Source: Myxococcota bacterium (GTDB taxonomy: Bacteria > Myxococcota_A > UBA796 > SXON01). Taken from it: a DNA stretch of 64,000 bases. The translations under genes were made by a program, and so were the position numbers. The DNA lies in assembly GCA_040386535.1 (NCBI GenBank), contig JAZKFH010000042.1:1-64000 (forward strand), read 5' to 3'. Below, in pieces: positions 20,042-29,346 of this stretch. A model generated the notes under the pieces. That model ran no database searches. It saw only the letters and a list, made by a program, of their open reading frames with translations, and had not been told where the DNA came from. Positions within the stretch are counted from its first letter, which is position 1. Each line of letters opens with the position of its first letter.

Positions 20042-20072
20042 TGTCAGAACTACCCCCCCGCCGACGAACACC
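20042..20072 (+). promoter_or_regulatory. Putative ECF-sigma promoter TGTCAGA-N16-CGAACACC (copy 2)
   Basis: Identical boxes and spacing to 14293-14323; preceded by a T6 tract; upstream of the subtilase RBS. Confidence 0.65.
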
Positions 20073-20091
20073 TCGGAACCCGGAGGACGCC

Positions 20092-22014
20092 TTGCACACC
20101 CGCCCGCTCCTGCTCGCGACGACCGTCCTGGTGTGCGCCTTCGACGCGGCCGCCGGCTCGCTCTCCGGGAACGGCTACACCCTGCACGACGCCACCGTGG
20201 CGAATCGTTCGATCGTCCAGCGCGCGCTCGGTCAGCCGTGTCCCGCGCGGGCGGCGGGGTGGGACGTGCAGCCGCTCTTCCAGGCGGACGCGGGCGGGTA
20301 CCTGCCGCCCGCCCTGGTGCGGTATTGCGTGTTCGACCGCGTCTCGGCCGACGCCGTGGATCTGTCCGCGTACGGGGTGGTCGGAGCCGACGCGATCGTG
20401 GTGGCCGGCCTCGCCGAGCCCGACCCCGAAGAGATTGCCTGGAGCTTCGAGGACCAGGCCCACCCGTTCCCGGCCTACGCGGCCGTGCCGCCCACGAAGG
20501 CGCGCCTGACCCTCATCGACTCGTCGCCCACCGCGGACGCCGGCGACATCGACGTGTACGGGGTCCCGGGCGCCTACGAGCACGGCCAGCAGCTCGCCAC
20601 CCTCGCGCTCCGCGCGGTGTGCGACGGCGACTTCACCGACGCGGTCGAGCCCCTCTGTGTCGTCGATCTCGCGAGCCAGCTCGCGCTCGGGTACAGCCGC
20701 GTCCCTGGGGCGTTCGAACGGTCGGCGGACGGCGGCAGCTTCGGCTCGCAGGCCGACCTCGCGGCCGCCCTCCAGCGCGCCGTGCTCGCGTGGCACGAGG
20801 ACGCCCCCGGCGCGCCGCTCGTCCTCAACGTCTCGCTCGGGTGGCACCCGGACGCGGGGGGAGGCGAGCCCACGCTCACGCCGGCGGTGGCGGCGGTGAA
20901 GGAGGCCCTCGAGCTCGCGAGCTGCAAGGACGTGTTGACCCTCGCCTCCGTCGGCAACGTCGACTCGCCGTGGCAGGCGGCCTCCGCCGAGGGGCCGCTC
21001 TACCCGGCGGCATGGGAGGCCGTGGCCGCCCCGTCGGCGGCCGCGTGCGAGGCCCGCTACGGCGCGTGGTTCACGGCGGACGATCGTGCGCGCCGCGTCG
21101 CGGGAGCCGGCGGCTACACCCCCCTCCTCTACGGCGTCTCCGGCTTCGACGTGAGCGGGCGCACCCTCGGGAATCAGCGCCCCGGGGCGTCCACCCCGCA
21201 CGCGGCCGCCGGCTCCCACCTCGCGGCCTACAACCCGACCGTGGCCGACTACCTCACGCCGATCTCCGGCACGTCCGCCTCCACCATCGTCGTCTCGTCC
21301 GCCGCGGCCGTGGTGCGGAGCCACGCGCCCGAGCTCGACGCCCACGGCGTCATGCGGGTCCTCCGGGACGGCGCCCCGTCGTCGTCCGTCCCCGCGGAGA
21401 CCTGCTACGACCCCGCGGGCATCGGGTGCCCGCCGTCCCACGCGATCACCGTCTGCGCGTCGCTCGCCTCCCTGTGTGACGCCGGCCTCGGCTCGGCGTG
21501 CGCGCCCGCCTACACCGCCGCCACGTGCGACACGCTGCTCGACCCCGAGCCGCTCGCCCCCGCGGGGGCCCCCGAGCCCGACGTCCTCTCCCTCACGGGC
21601 CTGTACGATTCCGTCTGCGGTACCGGGCTCGTCGCGGCGGACACGGCGGCCCTCGCCTACGCCTGCCCCTACGAGGAGCTCTACGGCGCCACAGCGCTCC
21701 CGATGACGCTCCCCCAGCCCCCGGGCGGCGAGTGTCCCTGGTGCCCGGCGTTCCTCGACGGCCGCGTCGATCTCGTCATGGCCACCTCCCTCACCAAGTT
21801 CTCGAACCTCACGATCACCGTCCATCACGCCGGCGCCGTGAAGCACTACCCGCTCGGCAAGATCGTGTGCCCGAACGGTGCGCCGAGCTGTGATCGCCTG
21901 ACCGTCTTCCTCCCCGTCGGCGCCGTCGATGTCGGCGTCACCAAGATGCTCCTGTCGTACACCTACGCCGGCGAGAACGTCGCCTACGCCGAGCCGCTCT
22001 ACCTGACCTGGTAG
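20092..22014 (+). CDS. Secreted S8 (subtilisin-like) serine peptidase with Cys-rich C-terminal extension
   Basis: GGAGG RBS + TTG; signal peptide; triad LIDSS / EHG / SGTSAS, oxyanion VGN, LNVSLG. Confidence 0.8.
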   Translation: MHTRPLLLATTVLVCAFDAAAGSLSGNGYTLHDATVANRSIVQRALGQPCPARAAGWDVQPLFQADAGGYLPPALVRYCVFDRVSADAVDLSAYGVVGADAIVVAGLAEPDPEEIAWSFEDQAHPFPAYAAVPPTKARLTLIDSSPTADAGDIDVYGVPGAYEHGQQLATLALRAVCDGDFTDAVEPLCVVDLASQLALGYSRVPGAFERSADGGSFGSQADLAAALQRAVLAWHEDAPGAPLVLNVSLGWHPDAGGGEPTLTPAVAAVKEALELASCKDVLTLASVGNVDSPWQAASAEGPLYPAAWEAVAAPSAAACEARYGAWFTADDRARRVAGAGGYTPLLYGVSGFDVSGRTLGNQRPGASTPHAAAGSHLAAYNPTVADYLTPISGTSASTIVVSSAAAVVRSHAPELDAHGVMRVLRDGAPSSSVPAETCYDPAGIGCPPSHAITVCASLASLCDAGLGSACAPAYTAATCDTLLDPEPLAPAGAPEPDVLSLTGLYDSVCGTGLVAADTAALAYACPYEELYGATALPMTLPQPPGGECPWCPAFLDGRVDLVMATSLTKFSNLTITVHHAGAVKHYPLGKIVCPNGAPSCDRLTVFLPVGAVDVGVTKMLLSYTYAGENVAYAEPLYLTW

Positions 22015-22066
22015 GCGGGCGGCGGACGCGAGCGAGTCCACCGCCTGGAAGGTCACGGTCGGCTGT

Positions 22067-24067
22067 TCAGCGCCCGTAGAGCAGGTAGCTCGCGCCGCCG
22101 TCGACGCCGCGTTCGTCCGCCCTGGGCGCGCCGATGAGCACGTCGGAGAGGCCGTCTCCATCGACATCGCCCACGCCCGCCGCGGCCGCGCCGCACTCGT
22201 CGAACATGTTTGTGCCTCGGAGGTGCACGCCGGTGGTGTCGAGGTCACGCGCGCCGGCGAAGGGGCCGTACTCGAGCCAGGCGCCCCCCGACGAGTCGTT
22301 GGCGCCCTCCGCGCCGATGACCACGTCGACGGCGCCGTCCCCGTCGAGGTCGCCCGCGATGGCGACGCTGCCGCCGACGCCGATGCCGAGCGCGCCGGTG
22401 ACGAACATCGCGTCGGCGCGCGCGAGGTCGAGGGTCCCGGAGGGGCTGGAGACGACGTAGACCCGCCCCGCCGTGTTCGACCCGGCGGCGCGGGCGCCGA
22501 CGAGCACGTCGTCGAGGCCGTCCCCGTCGAGGTCGCCCGCGTCGAGCGCGCCGCCGGCGCCGTCCGAGCCGTCCTCCCCGACGAGGATCGCGTCGGCGTC
22601 GGAGAGGCTCTGCACCCCGGAGAGCGGCCCATGGACGACGTAGACGGCGCCGCCCTGGTTGCCGCCGGTGTCGTCGTACGCCGACCCGACGATCGCGTCG
22701 GCCACGCCGTCTCCGTTCACGTCCGCAGCGATGTCGAGCGCGCTGGCCGCGAAGTTGGAGGTGCCGACGCCGATGAGCTCGGCCGTGCCGTCCGAGAGGC
22801 TCGGCGTGCCCGTGACGAGGCCGGAGAACAGGTAGATCGAGCCCGACGCGAACCCGCCGGTCTGGGCGCCCCACGCCGCGAGGAGGAGGTCGGGGAGGTC
22901 GTCGCCATCGAGGTCGCCGCCCCCGGCAAGGGCGCCCCCGACGTACTCGTTGCGGTTGGTGCCGGTCCACGTGGCGTCGGCAGCGCCGAGGTCGTAGCGC
23001 CCCGTCACCGGGCCGTGGACGAGCCATGCGCCGCCCTGGTCGTCGGTGCCGCCGTGGGCGCCGCCGACGGCGAGGTCAGGCCAGCCGTCACCGTCCACGT
23101 CGCCGAGCGCCGCGACCCGTTCGCCGGCGGCGTCGCCCGAGTTGCCGAGGAGGCTCGCGTCCGCTCCGGCCAGGTCGAACGCGCCGAGGATCGGCCCGAA
23201 GACGACCGCCGCGGCACCAGCGCCGGGGCCGGCGGCGTCGGAGTTGACGATGCCGACGAGAACGTCGTCGTAGCCGTCTCCGTTCATGTCGCCGAGGCCG
23301 GCGAGCGTGCCACCCGAGGCGCCGTACGCGGCGTACAACCGCGCGTCCGCGCCCGTCGCGGCGAGCGAGATGTCGATCAGGCCGTCGCAGTCCTCGTCGA
23401 GGTCGTTGTCGCGCTCGCGCGCGTCGGGGTGCACGGCGGCGTCGGTGTCGTCGCAGTCCCCGGCGACGGTCGCCAGGTAGGGCGTGTCCGGCTGGCACAG
23501 GCACGCGGTGGCGTCGGTGCCCCAGTCGTCCCCGTCCGCGTCTTCGTACCAGTCGACGCAGCCGGGGGCGTCCGTGGCGTTCACGCTCCCGTCGCAGTCG
23601 TCGTCGGCGTCGGTCTCGCAGGTCTCGGTGCCGCCGGGGTTCACGGCGGCGTCGGTGTCGTCGCAGTCGGTGGCGTCGTTGACGTAGCTGGCAGGCGCCT
23701 CGCAGGCGGACACGGACGCGGAGGGGTCGCCGTAGCCGTCCCCGTCGGCGTCAGCGTGCCACGCGGTCGTGCCGGAAGCGTCGTCCTCGTCCGCGGAGCC
23801 GTCGCAATCGTCGTCGACGCCGCCGTTGCACACCTCGGAGGCGTCGGGGTGCACGCCCGGGTCCGCGTCGTCACAGTCGCCGCCGCGCTCGACGCCCACG
23901 GCGGCGGCGCAGGTCTCGAAGCGTTGGGCATCGTCGCCATAGCTGTCCCCGTCGGCGTCGACGTAGCGAACGAGGGTGCAGGCGTCGGGCTCGTCGACCT
24001 TCTGATCGTCGGGAGCGGCTTCCACACACGCGGCCAGCGTGGCGGAGAGGAGGATGTGCAGGCGCAA
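22067..24067 (-). CDS. Lipoprotein with putative metal-binding repeats and FG-GAP beta-propeller
   Basis: LAAC lipobox; about 3 DCDD/xPxAxExC repeats; about 7 GDxDGDG repeats. Confidence 0.88.
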   Translation of the reverse strand: MRLHILLSATLAACVEAAPDDQKVDEPDACTLVRYVDADGDSYGDDAQRFETCAAAVGVERGGDCDDADPGVHPDASEVCNGGVDDDCDGSADEDDASGTTAWHADADGDGYGDPSASVSACEAPASYVNDATDCDDTDAAVNPGGTETCETDADDDCDGSVNATDAPGCVDWYEDADGDDWGTDATACLCQPDTPYLATVAGDCDDTDAAVHPDARERDNDLDEDCDGLIDISLAATGADARLYAAYGASGGTLAGLGDMNGDGYDDVLVGIVNSDAAGPGAGAAAVVFGPILGAFDLAGADASLLGNSGDAAGERVAALGDVDGDGWPDLAVGGAHGGTDDQGGAWLVHGPVTGRYDLGAADATWTGTNRNEYVGGALAGGGDLDGDDLPDLLLAAWGAQTGGFASGSIYLFSGLVTGTPSLSDGTAELIGVGTSNFAASALDIAADVNGDGVADAIVGSAYDDTGGNQGGAVYVVHGPLSGVQSLSDADAILVGEDGSDGAGGALDAGDLDGDGLDDVLVGARAAGSNTAGRVYVVSSPSGTLDLARADAMFVTGALGIGVGGSVAIAGDLDGDGAVDVVIGAEGANDSSGGAWLEYGPFAGARDLDTTGVHLRGTNMFDECGAAAAGVGDVDGDGLSDVLIGAPRADERGVDGGASYLLYGR

Positions 24068-24467
24068 GGGAGACTCCCGGGCGCAGGAGTATACGGCGCG
24101 CGGTCGGCCGCCGGGGAGCCGAGCCGGCGAGGTAGCCGGGCGAGTTCGGTGTCGTCATCGTGAGTCGGCGCACCTCGGTGCCGGCGTCGCCGCCGGTACA
24201 CTCGCCGACCAGCACGTCGTACTTGCCGGTGCCGGCGAGGGTGCGCGCCGTCGGCGACATCGAACAGATGTGGCTCGCGACGAACCCGCCCGCGCTGGCG
24301 AGGACTTCGATCTCGAACAGCTCGTCCGCCAGGTACGCCCACGCCGGCACGTCGTCCGGGCTGGCGTGGTCCAGGTCGGGGTGGTCGCCGTCGATGAATG
24401 CGGGCAGCTCGCGCGCGCCCGACGGGAGCCTCCACCCGTCGTGAGCGGCGCGTAAGCGCGCCAGGCC

Positions 24468-26102
24468 CTACCTGGAGGCCCGGATCGGGCCGCCGAGGGC
24501 GATCCACGCGCCGCCCCCGAGCTCGACAGCGACGGCCGCGGGAGGAGTGACGACGCCGTCCTTGTTGGTGTCGGTCTGCTCGACCGCGATCGGGTCGCCC
24601 ATGAGCACGAGCTCGCCGCGGGAGGACACGAGACCCTTGTCCGCGCCGGCGAGCGTGAGCTCCCCGTCGGGATCGCGAAGGAAGCTACCGTGGAACTTGC
24701 CCTTCGCGAGGGTCGACTGCTTCCCCTTCTCGTTCGCGGCGCCCAGCAGGCTCACCTTGCCCGAAAGGTCCAGGCCGAGCGGATCCTCCGCGAATTGGAG
24801 CTCGCTGGCGAAGACCACCACCAGCTCATCGCCGAGGTCCGCCTTGTCGGTGGAGCAGGTGGTCTGTGTCCCAAACTCATCCACCAGCACGGCGGTGACC
24901 TGCACGGTGCCCGGGAGGTCAGCCGCCGCGGCCGCATAGGCGGTCACCGAGAGGTCGTACTCGCCCGCCTCGTTCTCGGTGATCATCAGGCACGTGCCGT
25001 CCGAACAGGCCGGGCTGCCGAGGTCGGCCGCCGACAGGTCCTCGGCGATCGCCATGGGCAGGCCGTTGACGTAGAGCTTCCGGAAAGTGGCGCTCGACCC
25101 GTAGCTGAACCGGATGTCCTCGCAGTAGAACTCAGGCTTCACCCGACGCTGATAGCTGTTCGCCGGAACCGTGACCGTGTCGCCGCCGACGAGCTCGAGC
25201 TCGGCGTGCGTCGGGTGCGTGTCGCTCGTGCCCCACCCCTCGGACACGACGGTGAGGTAGCCGGACCTGTCGCGCCGGACGCGGCCGACCCGGGAGTAGG
25301 TCCAGTCGAGCCCGTTACCGTACCGGTTCACGAAGCGGGGGCTGACGGCCACGCTCGTGAGCGGGTCCTCGTCGGTGGAGAGCGCACCGACGCCCGCGCC
25401 CTCGTCGAGCCAGGGCGCGCCGAGCTTCGTCTTGACCGCGTCGATCTTCTTGCCGGCGGCGTCGTAGGCGCGCGTTTCCAACTCGAGTTGGCCGTGGTGG
25501 GCGACCGTGGAGTCCGCCTCCCAGACCGCGCCGACGCCGTCCCAGAAGACCTCTGCGCGCGTGGTGACGCCGTCGTTCCCGGTCATGACAACGTCACCGT
25601 ACGCGATCCCGTAGGTGTCGGCGCCGTGCAGGTCGAGGGAGATGTCGTACCCACCGTCCCCGTCGAACACCTCGGCCGCGAGGAGCTCGACGTCGTATGT
25701 GGCCTGCTCCTTGGTCGGAACGTCGGCGCTCAACCTCACCAGGCCGTCCGAGCCGAGCGCCCCCGAGAACGTCCGGACCACGTGGCCGGCCACGTCGCTG
25801 TACAGGTGCACGCTGATCTTGGTGTCCTCCTTGGGGAGCGCGGCGATCGTGGCCGCGCCGTGCAGCCAGGTGTCCACCTCCACGAAAGCGAGGTCCTCGG
25901 ATCCGCGGTCGGAGGAGAGCGTCGCGGTCAGGGACGAGACATTGCCCCTTGTCACGACGCGAGGTTCGCGGAAGAAGTCCTCATCTTCGGGGTCGACGCC
26001 GTAGATGGAGCTTCCGTCGATCCAGAAGTCGCTCCCGGCGTGCGCCTCGCGGACCAGGAAGGCGAGGCCGAGGGCGGAGAGGAGGCGGAGAGAGGCGTGC
26101 AT
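24468..26102 (-). CDS. Secreted hypothetical protein; paralog of 9071..10702
   Basis: Signal peptide ending AHA; shared conserved blocks. Confidence 0.8.
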   Translation of the reverse strand: MHASLRLLSALGLAFLVREAHAGSDFWIDGSSIYGVDPEDEDFFREPRVVTRGNVSSLTATLSSDRGSEDLAFVEVDTWLHGAATIAALPKEDTKISVHLYSDVAGHVVRTFSGALGSDGLVRLSADVPTKEQATYDVELLAAEVFDGDGGYDISLDLHGADTYGIAYGDVVMTGNDGVTTRAEVFWDGVGAVWEADSTVAHHGQLELETRAYDAAGKKIDAVKTKLGAPWLDEGAGVGALSTDEDPLTSVAVSPRFVNRYGNGLDWTYSRVGRVRRDRSGYLTVVSEGWGTSDTHPTHAELELVGGDTVTVPANSYQRRVKPEFYCEDIRFSYGSSATFRKLYVNGLPMAIAEDLSAADLGSPACSDGTCLMITENEAGEYDLSVTAYAAAAADLPGTVQVTAVLVDEFGTQTTCSTDKADLGDELVVVFASELQFAEDPLGLDLSGKVSLLGAANEKGKQSTLAKGKFHGSFLRDPDGELTLAGADKGLVSSRGELVLMGDPIAVEQTDTNKDGVVTPPAAVAVELGGGAWIALGGPIRASR

Positions 26103-26558
26103 GGTGCGCTCCGGAAGGCTGGCCCAACCGTAGTCGGGGAGCGCCGGGAGCAAACCTCTCAGGGATCTCTCACCCGAACGGCGTCGCCGAACGTCGGGGA
26201 GCGGTCAGGGTGCGCGTGCGCGTAGGGCTACCGGGCCCTCCCGGACGCCTCGCAATACGTCGCGCCAACCCCGCCCGGATCCGAACTCCCGTTGCCACCC
26301 CGTGGGGGTGGAGGGCAGGCCGCCCCGAACTCGGGCGTTCGGCGGCGGCTCATCAAGAGTGCTCGGCCGGACTGGATGATTATACAACTTTTTGGATCGA
26401 CAGGCAGGGATGCTCGGGCGCGGAAGTGGTGGCGTTGAAGGAGAGCTTGGTGGGCGGGTGATCGAGATCGGCGCAGCAGACCATGCACGCTCCGCCCGGC
26501 GCGGGGCCGGCCGACCCGGGCGCTTCGTGCCGCGCCCGGGGGGCACCCGGCCCGGCCG

Positions 26559-26906
26559 TCAGTCCGCGAAGGGCGCGACGGACTCCGCGTGGACGTACGC
26601 GCCCTCGACCGGCGGCCACGCCCCCAGGTCCCACACGACCAGGAAGCGGAAGGACTCGAGGAGGTACTCGACCCGGTCGAAGTCCCCGATCCCGAAGTCC
26701 TCCCGGAGGCGCACCGTGCACGCCTCCGAGGCCTCGCCGCACACGGCGTGGGCCTCCTCCCAGCGGTCCACGTCCTCCAGCCAGCGGCCGGTGGCGCAGC
26801 TGGTCACCTCGTCGCGCCCGACGTCCTCCGGCTCGGGGCCAGAGGCGCAGGCGGCGAGGAGGAGGGCCAGGCTAGAGCGCAGCGTGGTTGAGAGTGCCCG
26901 TCGCAT
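26559..26906 (-). CDS. Small lipoprotein
   Basis: MRR...LLLAAC lipobox; abuts the stop of the upstream gene. Confidence 0.7.
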   Translation of the reverse strand: MRRALSTTLRSSLALLLAACASGPEPEDVGRDEVTSCATGRWLEDVDRWEEAHAVCGEASEACTVRLREDFGIGDFDRVEYLLESFRFLVVWDLGAWPPVEGAYVHAESVAPFAD

Positions 26907-28621
26907 TAGCGGGGGCCGCCGTCGAACAGGAACAACGCGCCGGTGACCTCGCCACGAAAGTCGTAGTTGGGGGTGCCGACGAAGATCTCCGCGTAGCCGT
27001 CCTCGTCCACGTCCCCCGCCCGGCCCACGGCGTACCCGGTCCAGTCGTTGTTCTCGGCGCTGGTGAAGAAGGTGTCGGCGTCCGGAACCAGGTAGGTCCC
27101 GGAGAGCGGGCCGTAGAGCAGGAACGCGGCGCCGGTGTCCACGTGGCCGTCCACGGTCAGCTCGGGCGCCCCCACCAGGAGCTCGGCGTGACCGTCTCCA
27201 TCCACGTCGCCCGGTCCGTCGAGCGCCGTCCCCAACGCCGCGCTCTCGTATCCCTCGCCAGAGAACACGGCGGCCGCAACCGCATCGACCTCCCCTCCGA
27301 CGGGCGGGCCCGAAACCACGTAGACCGCGCCATGAGCCGGGTCACCCATCGAAGGCATGCCCACCGCCAGGTCGGCGTACCCGTCCGCGTCGACGTCCCC
27401 GAGCGCCGCCACCTCGTCGGTGAGCTCGGACCCGAGGAGGCGCACGTCCGCGTCCTCGGCCGCGTACGCGCCCGCGAGCGGGCCGAAGAACACGCCCACG
27501 CCCCCGTTCACACCTGTTGAGGGGCCGACGATCAGGTCGTCGAAGCCGTCGGCGTTCACGTCCGCGCTGCCGTGCGTGCCCCCCACACCCATCTCCTCCG
27601 TGCCGACGATGACCGCCGCGGCGTCTCCGCCCCCACCGGGCATCACCAACAGCTGCCCCAGGTTTCTCGAGTAGTACTCGGAGTGAAATGCGCCGAGCGT
27701 CCCGACGAGCAGGTCCTCCCGGCCGTCGCCATCCAGGTCGCCCGCGGCCGCCAGGAAACCGGGGTCGAACGGAAAACAGTCGTCGAGGTCGATTGTTCTT
27801 GCGGCGTCGGCGAGGGTGGCCTCGCCGGCGAGCGGCCCGGCGAACACGGCCACGAGGCAAAGCTCCCGGGCTACGGCGACCAGGTCCAGCCGCTCGTCCC
27901 CCGTCAGCTCTGCCGTCGCGAAGTCGCTCCACTCGAATGTCTCGTCGGCGTGCGCCACGAAGGTGGCCGCTTCGTCCACCACGACTTCTCCGCGCACGTC
28001 GCCGGGGAGCACGGCCACCCGGGCAGGAACGGTCACGCCGTCCTCCGTACGGGTTCCCTGGCAGGCGACCACGAGGTCGGGCGTATCGCCCGTGAGGGGT
28101 GCCGACGGCCGCGCGTAGTACCCAGTGGTCGCCCTCGCGGCGCGGCAGTGCAAGATGGCGTCCGCCTCTGCCACCCCCACCAGACCGCTGAGTGTGCACT
28201 CCTCGTCGATGGCCCCATCGCAGTTCTCGTCGACCCCGTCGTCGCAGCCCTCGCGCACGCCGGGGTTCACGCGGTCGTCCGCGTCGTCACAGTCCCCCGA
28301 CACGGCAGAGGTGTCGGCGGGCTGCTCGCAGGCGAAGATGGCCACGGCCCCGTACCCGTCCGCGTCGCCGTCCGTGTACCAGGTTGTGCCGGGCGTGGTG
28401 TGCAGGTCGTCGTCGGCGTCGTCGACGAGACCGTCGCAGTCGTTGTCGACGCCGTCGCAATGCTCGATCGCGCCGGGGTGCACGTCGGCGCGATCAGCGT
28501 CGCAGTCGTCCTCCAAGAAGCCGTCTCCGTCGGCGTCCCGGGGCGCGCTGTCCGATGTGGTCTCCTCCTCGTCGCCCGCGGGAGTGACGGGGCCGGTGCA
28601 GGCGAGGAGGAGGAGCAGCAT
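26906..28621 (-). CDS. Lipoprotein with metal-binding repeats and FG-GAP propeller; close paralog of 11580..13340
   Basis: MLLLLLAC; shared TPGTTWY, LHCR, VRGEVV, FATAELTGD, AGPLAGEA, AAFLLYGPLSG. Confidence 0.88.
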   Translation of the reverse strand: MLLLLLACTGPVTPAGDEEETTSDSAPRDADGDGFLEDDCDADRADVHPGAIEHCDGVDNDCDGLVDDADDDLHTTPGTTWYTDGDADGYGAVAIFACEQPADTSAVSGDCDDADDRVNPGVREGCDDGVDENCDGAIDEECTLSGLVGVAEADAILHCRAARATTGYYARPSAPLTGDTPDLVVACQGTRTEDGVTVPARVAVLPGDVRGEVVVDEAATFVAHADETFEWSDFATAELTGDERLDLVAVARELCLVAVFAGPLAGEATLADAARTIDLDDCFPFDPGFLAAAGDLDGDGREDLLVGTLGAFHSEYYSRNLGQLLVMPGGGGDAAAVIVGTEEMGVGGTHGSADVNADGFDDLIVGPSTGVNGGVGVFFGPLAGAYAAEDADVRLLGSELTDEVAALGDVDADGYADLAVGMPSMGDPAHGAVYVVSGPPVGGEVDAVAAAVFSGEGYESAALGTALDGPGDVDGDGHAELLVGAPELTVDGHVDTGAAFLLYGPLSGTYLVPDADTFFTSAENNDWTGYAVGRAGDVDEDGYAEIFVGTPNYDFRGEVTGALFLFDGGPR

Positions 28622-28774
28622 GGTCAGTCCAGGGTGGGGTACTCTGGCGGCGGAGAGTACGCAGCATGGGAACCCGATCGACGGTGGCGGCGGGGACGAT
28701 ACCATCGAGGTGGCGGTGACGACGACACGCTGCTCGGCGGCCAGGAGGAGGACGGCATCCACCACCCGGCCCGC

Positions 28775-29342
28775 GTGCCCATAGCGCCGCCCAAGCCGCG
28801 CTGGCTCCTGGCGCTCCTCGCGGCCGGCTGCTCCGAGTACCAGTTCGGGACGGACAAGGACCCGTCCCTGGCGGATTTTCACGCGTGCGTTCCTTGTGAC
28901 CTCGCCGGCGCCTGGCGTCGTGGCGGTGGGCGGCGACTACGCGCTCGTCTCGAGCGGGAGCTACACCTCCACGTTCGACAATCAGCACGCCCCCATGTGG
29001 ACGGCCGGCCACACGACCCTCTTCTTCGACAACCACACCGCCGCCGCTCCCAACGACACGCGCGGAATCGAGATCGACTGGTCTACCGGCGACGCCGACA
29101 TCGTGGGTCAGTACACGATGGAGTCGCCCACCGGGAGCGGCTTGAACTGCCTGACCGGCGGCGCGGTCATGGACGTGACCGGTGGGAACATCGTCGCCTT
29201 CTGCGTCGGAAGCGGGATCGACGACCGGCCGGTGTTCAACGAGTTCGACGGGATCGACAGCGTCGTGTGGGGGCTCAAGGCAGCGTGCCCCGCGGGCCAG
29301 AGGGGCGCTCCCTCCTACCGCGGCTACCCGAACCTCTGGTGA
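28775..29342 (+). pseudogene. Probable broken or chimeric gene: lipoprotein N-terminal stub plus C-terminal fragment of an arylsulfotransferase-like beta-propeller
   Basis: PKPRWLLALLAAGCSEY stub in one frame; 28896..29342 in another frame with FDNQH, LFFDN, E.D...VVW, SYR. Confidence 0.5.
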
Positions 29343-29346
29343 GCGC

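Noticed and set aside
26290..26385. SAM-I riboswitch or hammerhead (ATCAAGAG...GATGA; TTGATGAG)
   Set aside because: Core elements are out of order or missing (no GCAACC/GTGC in the right place; no GAAA after the stem)
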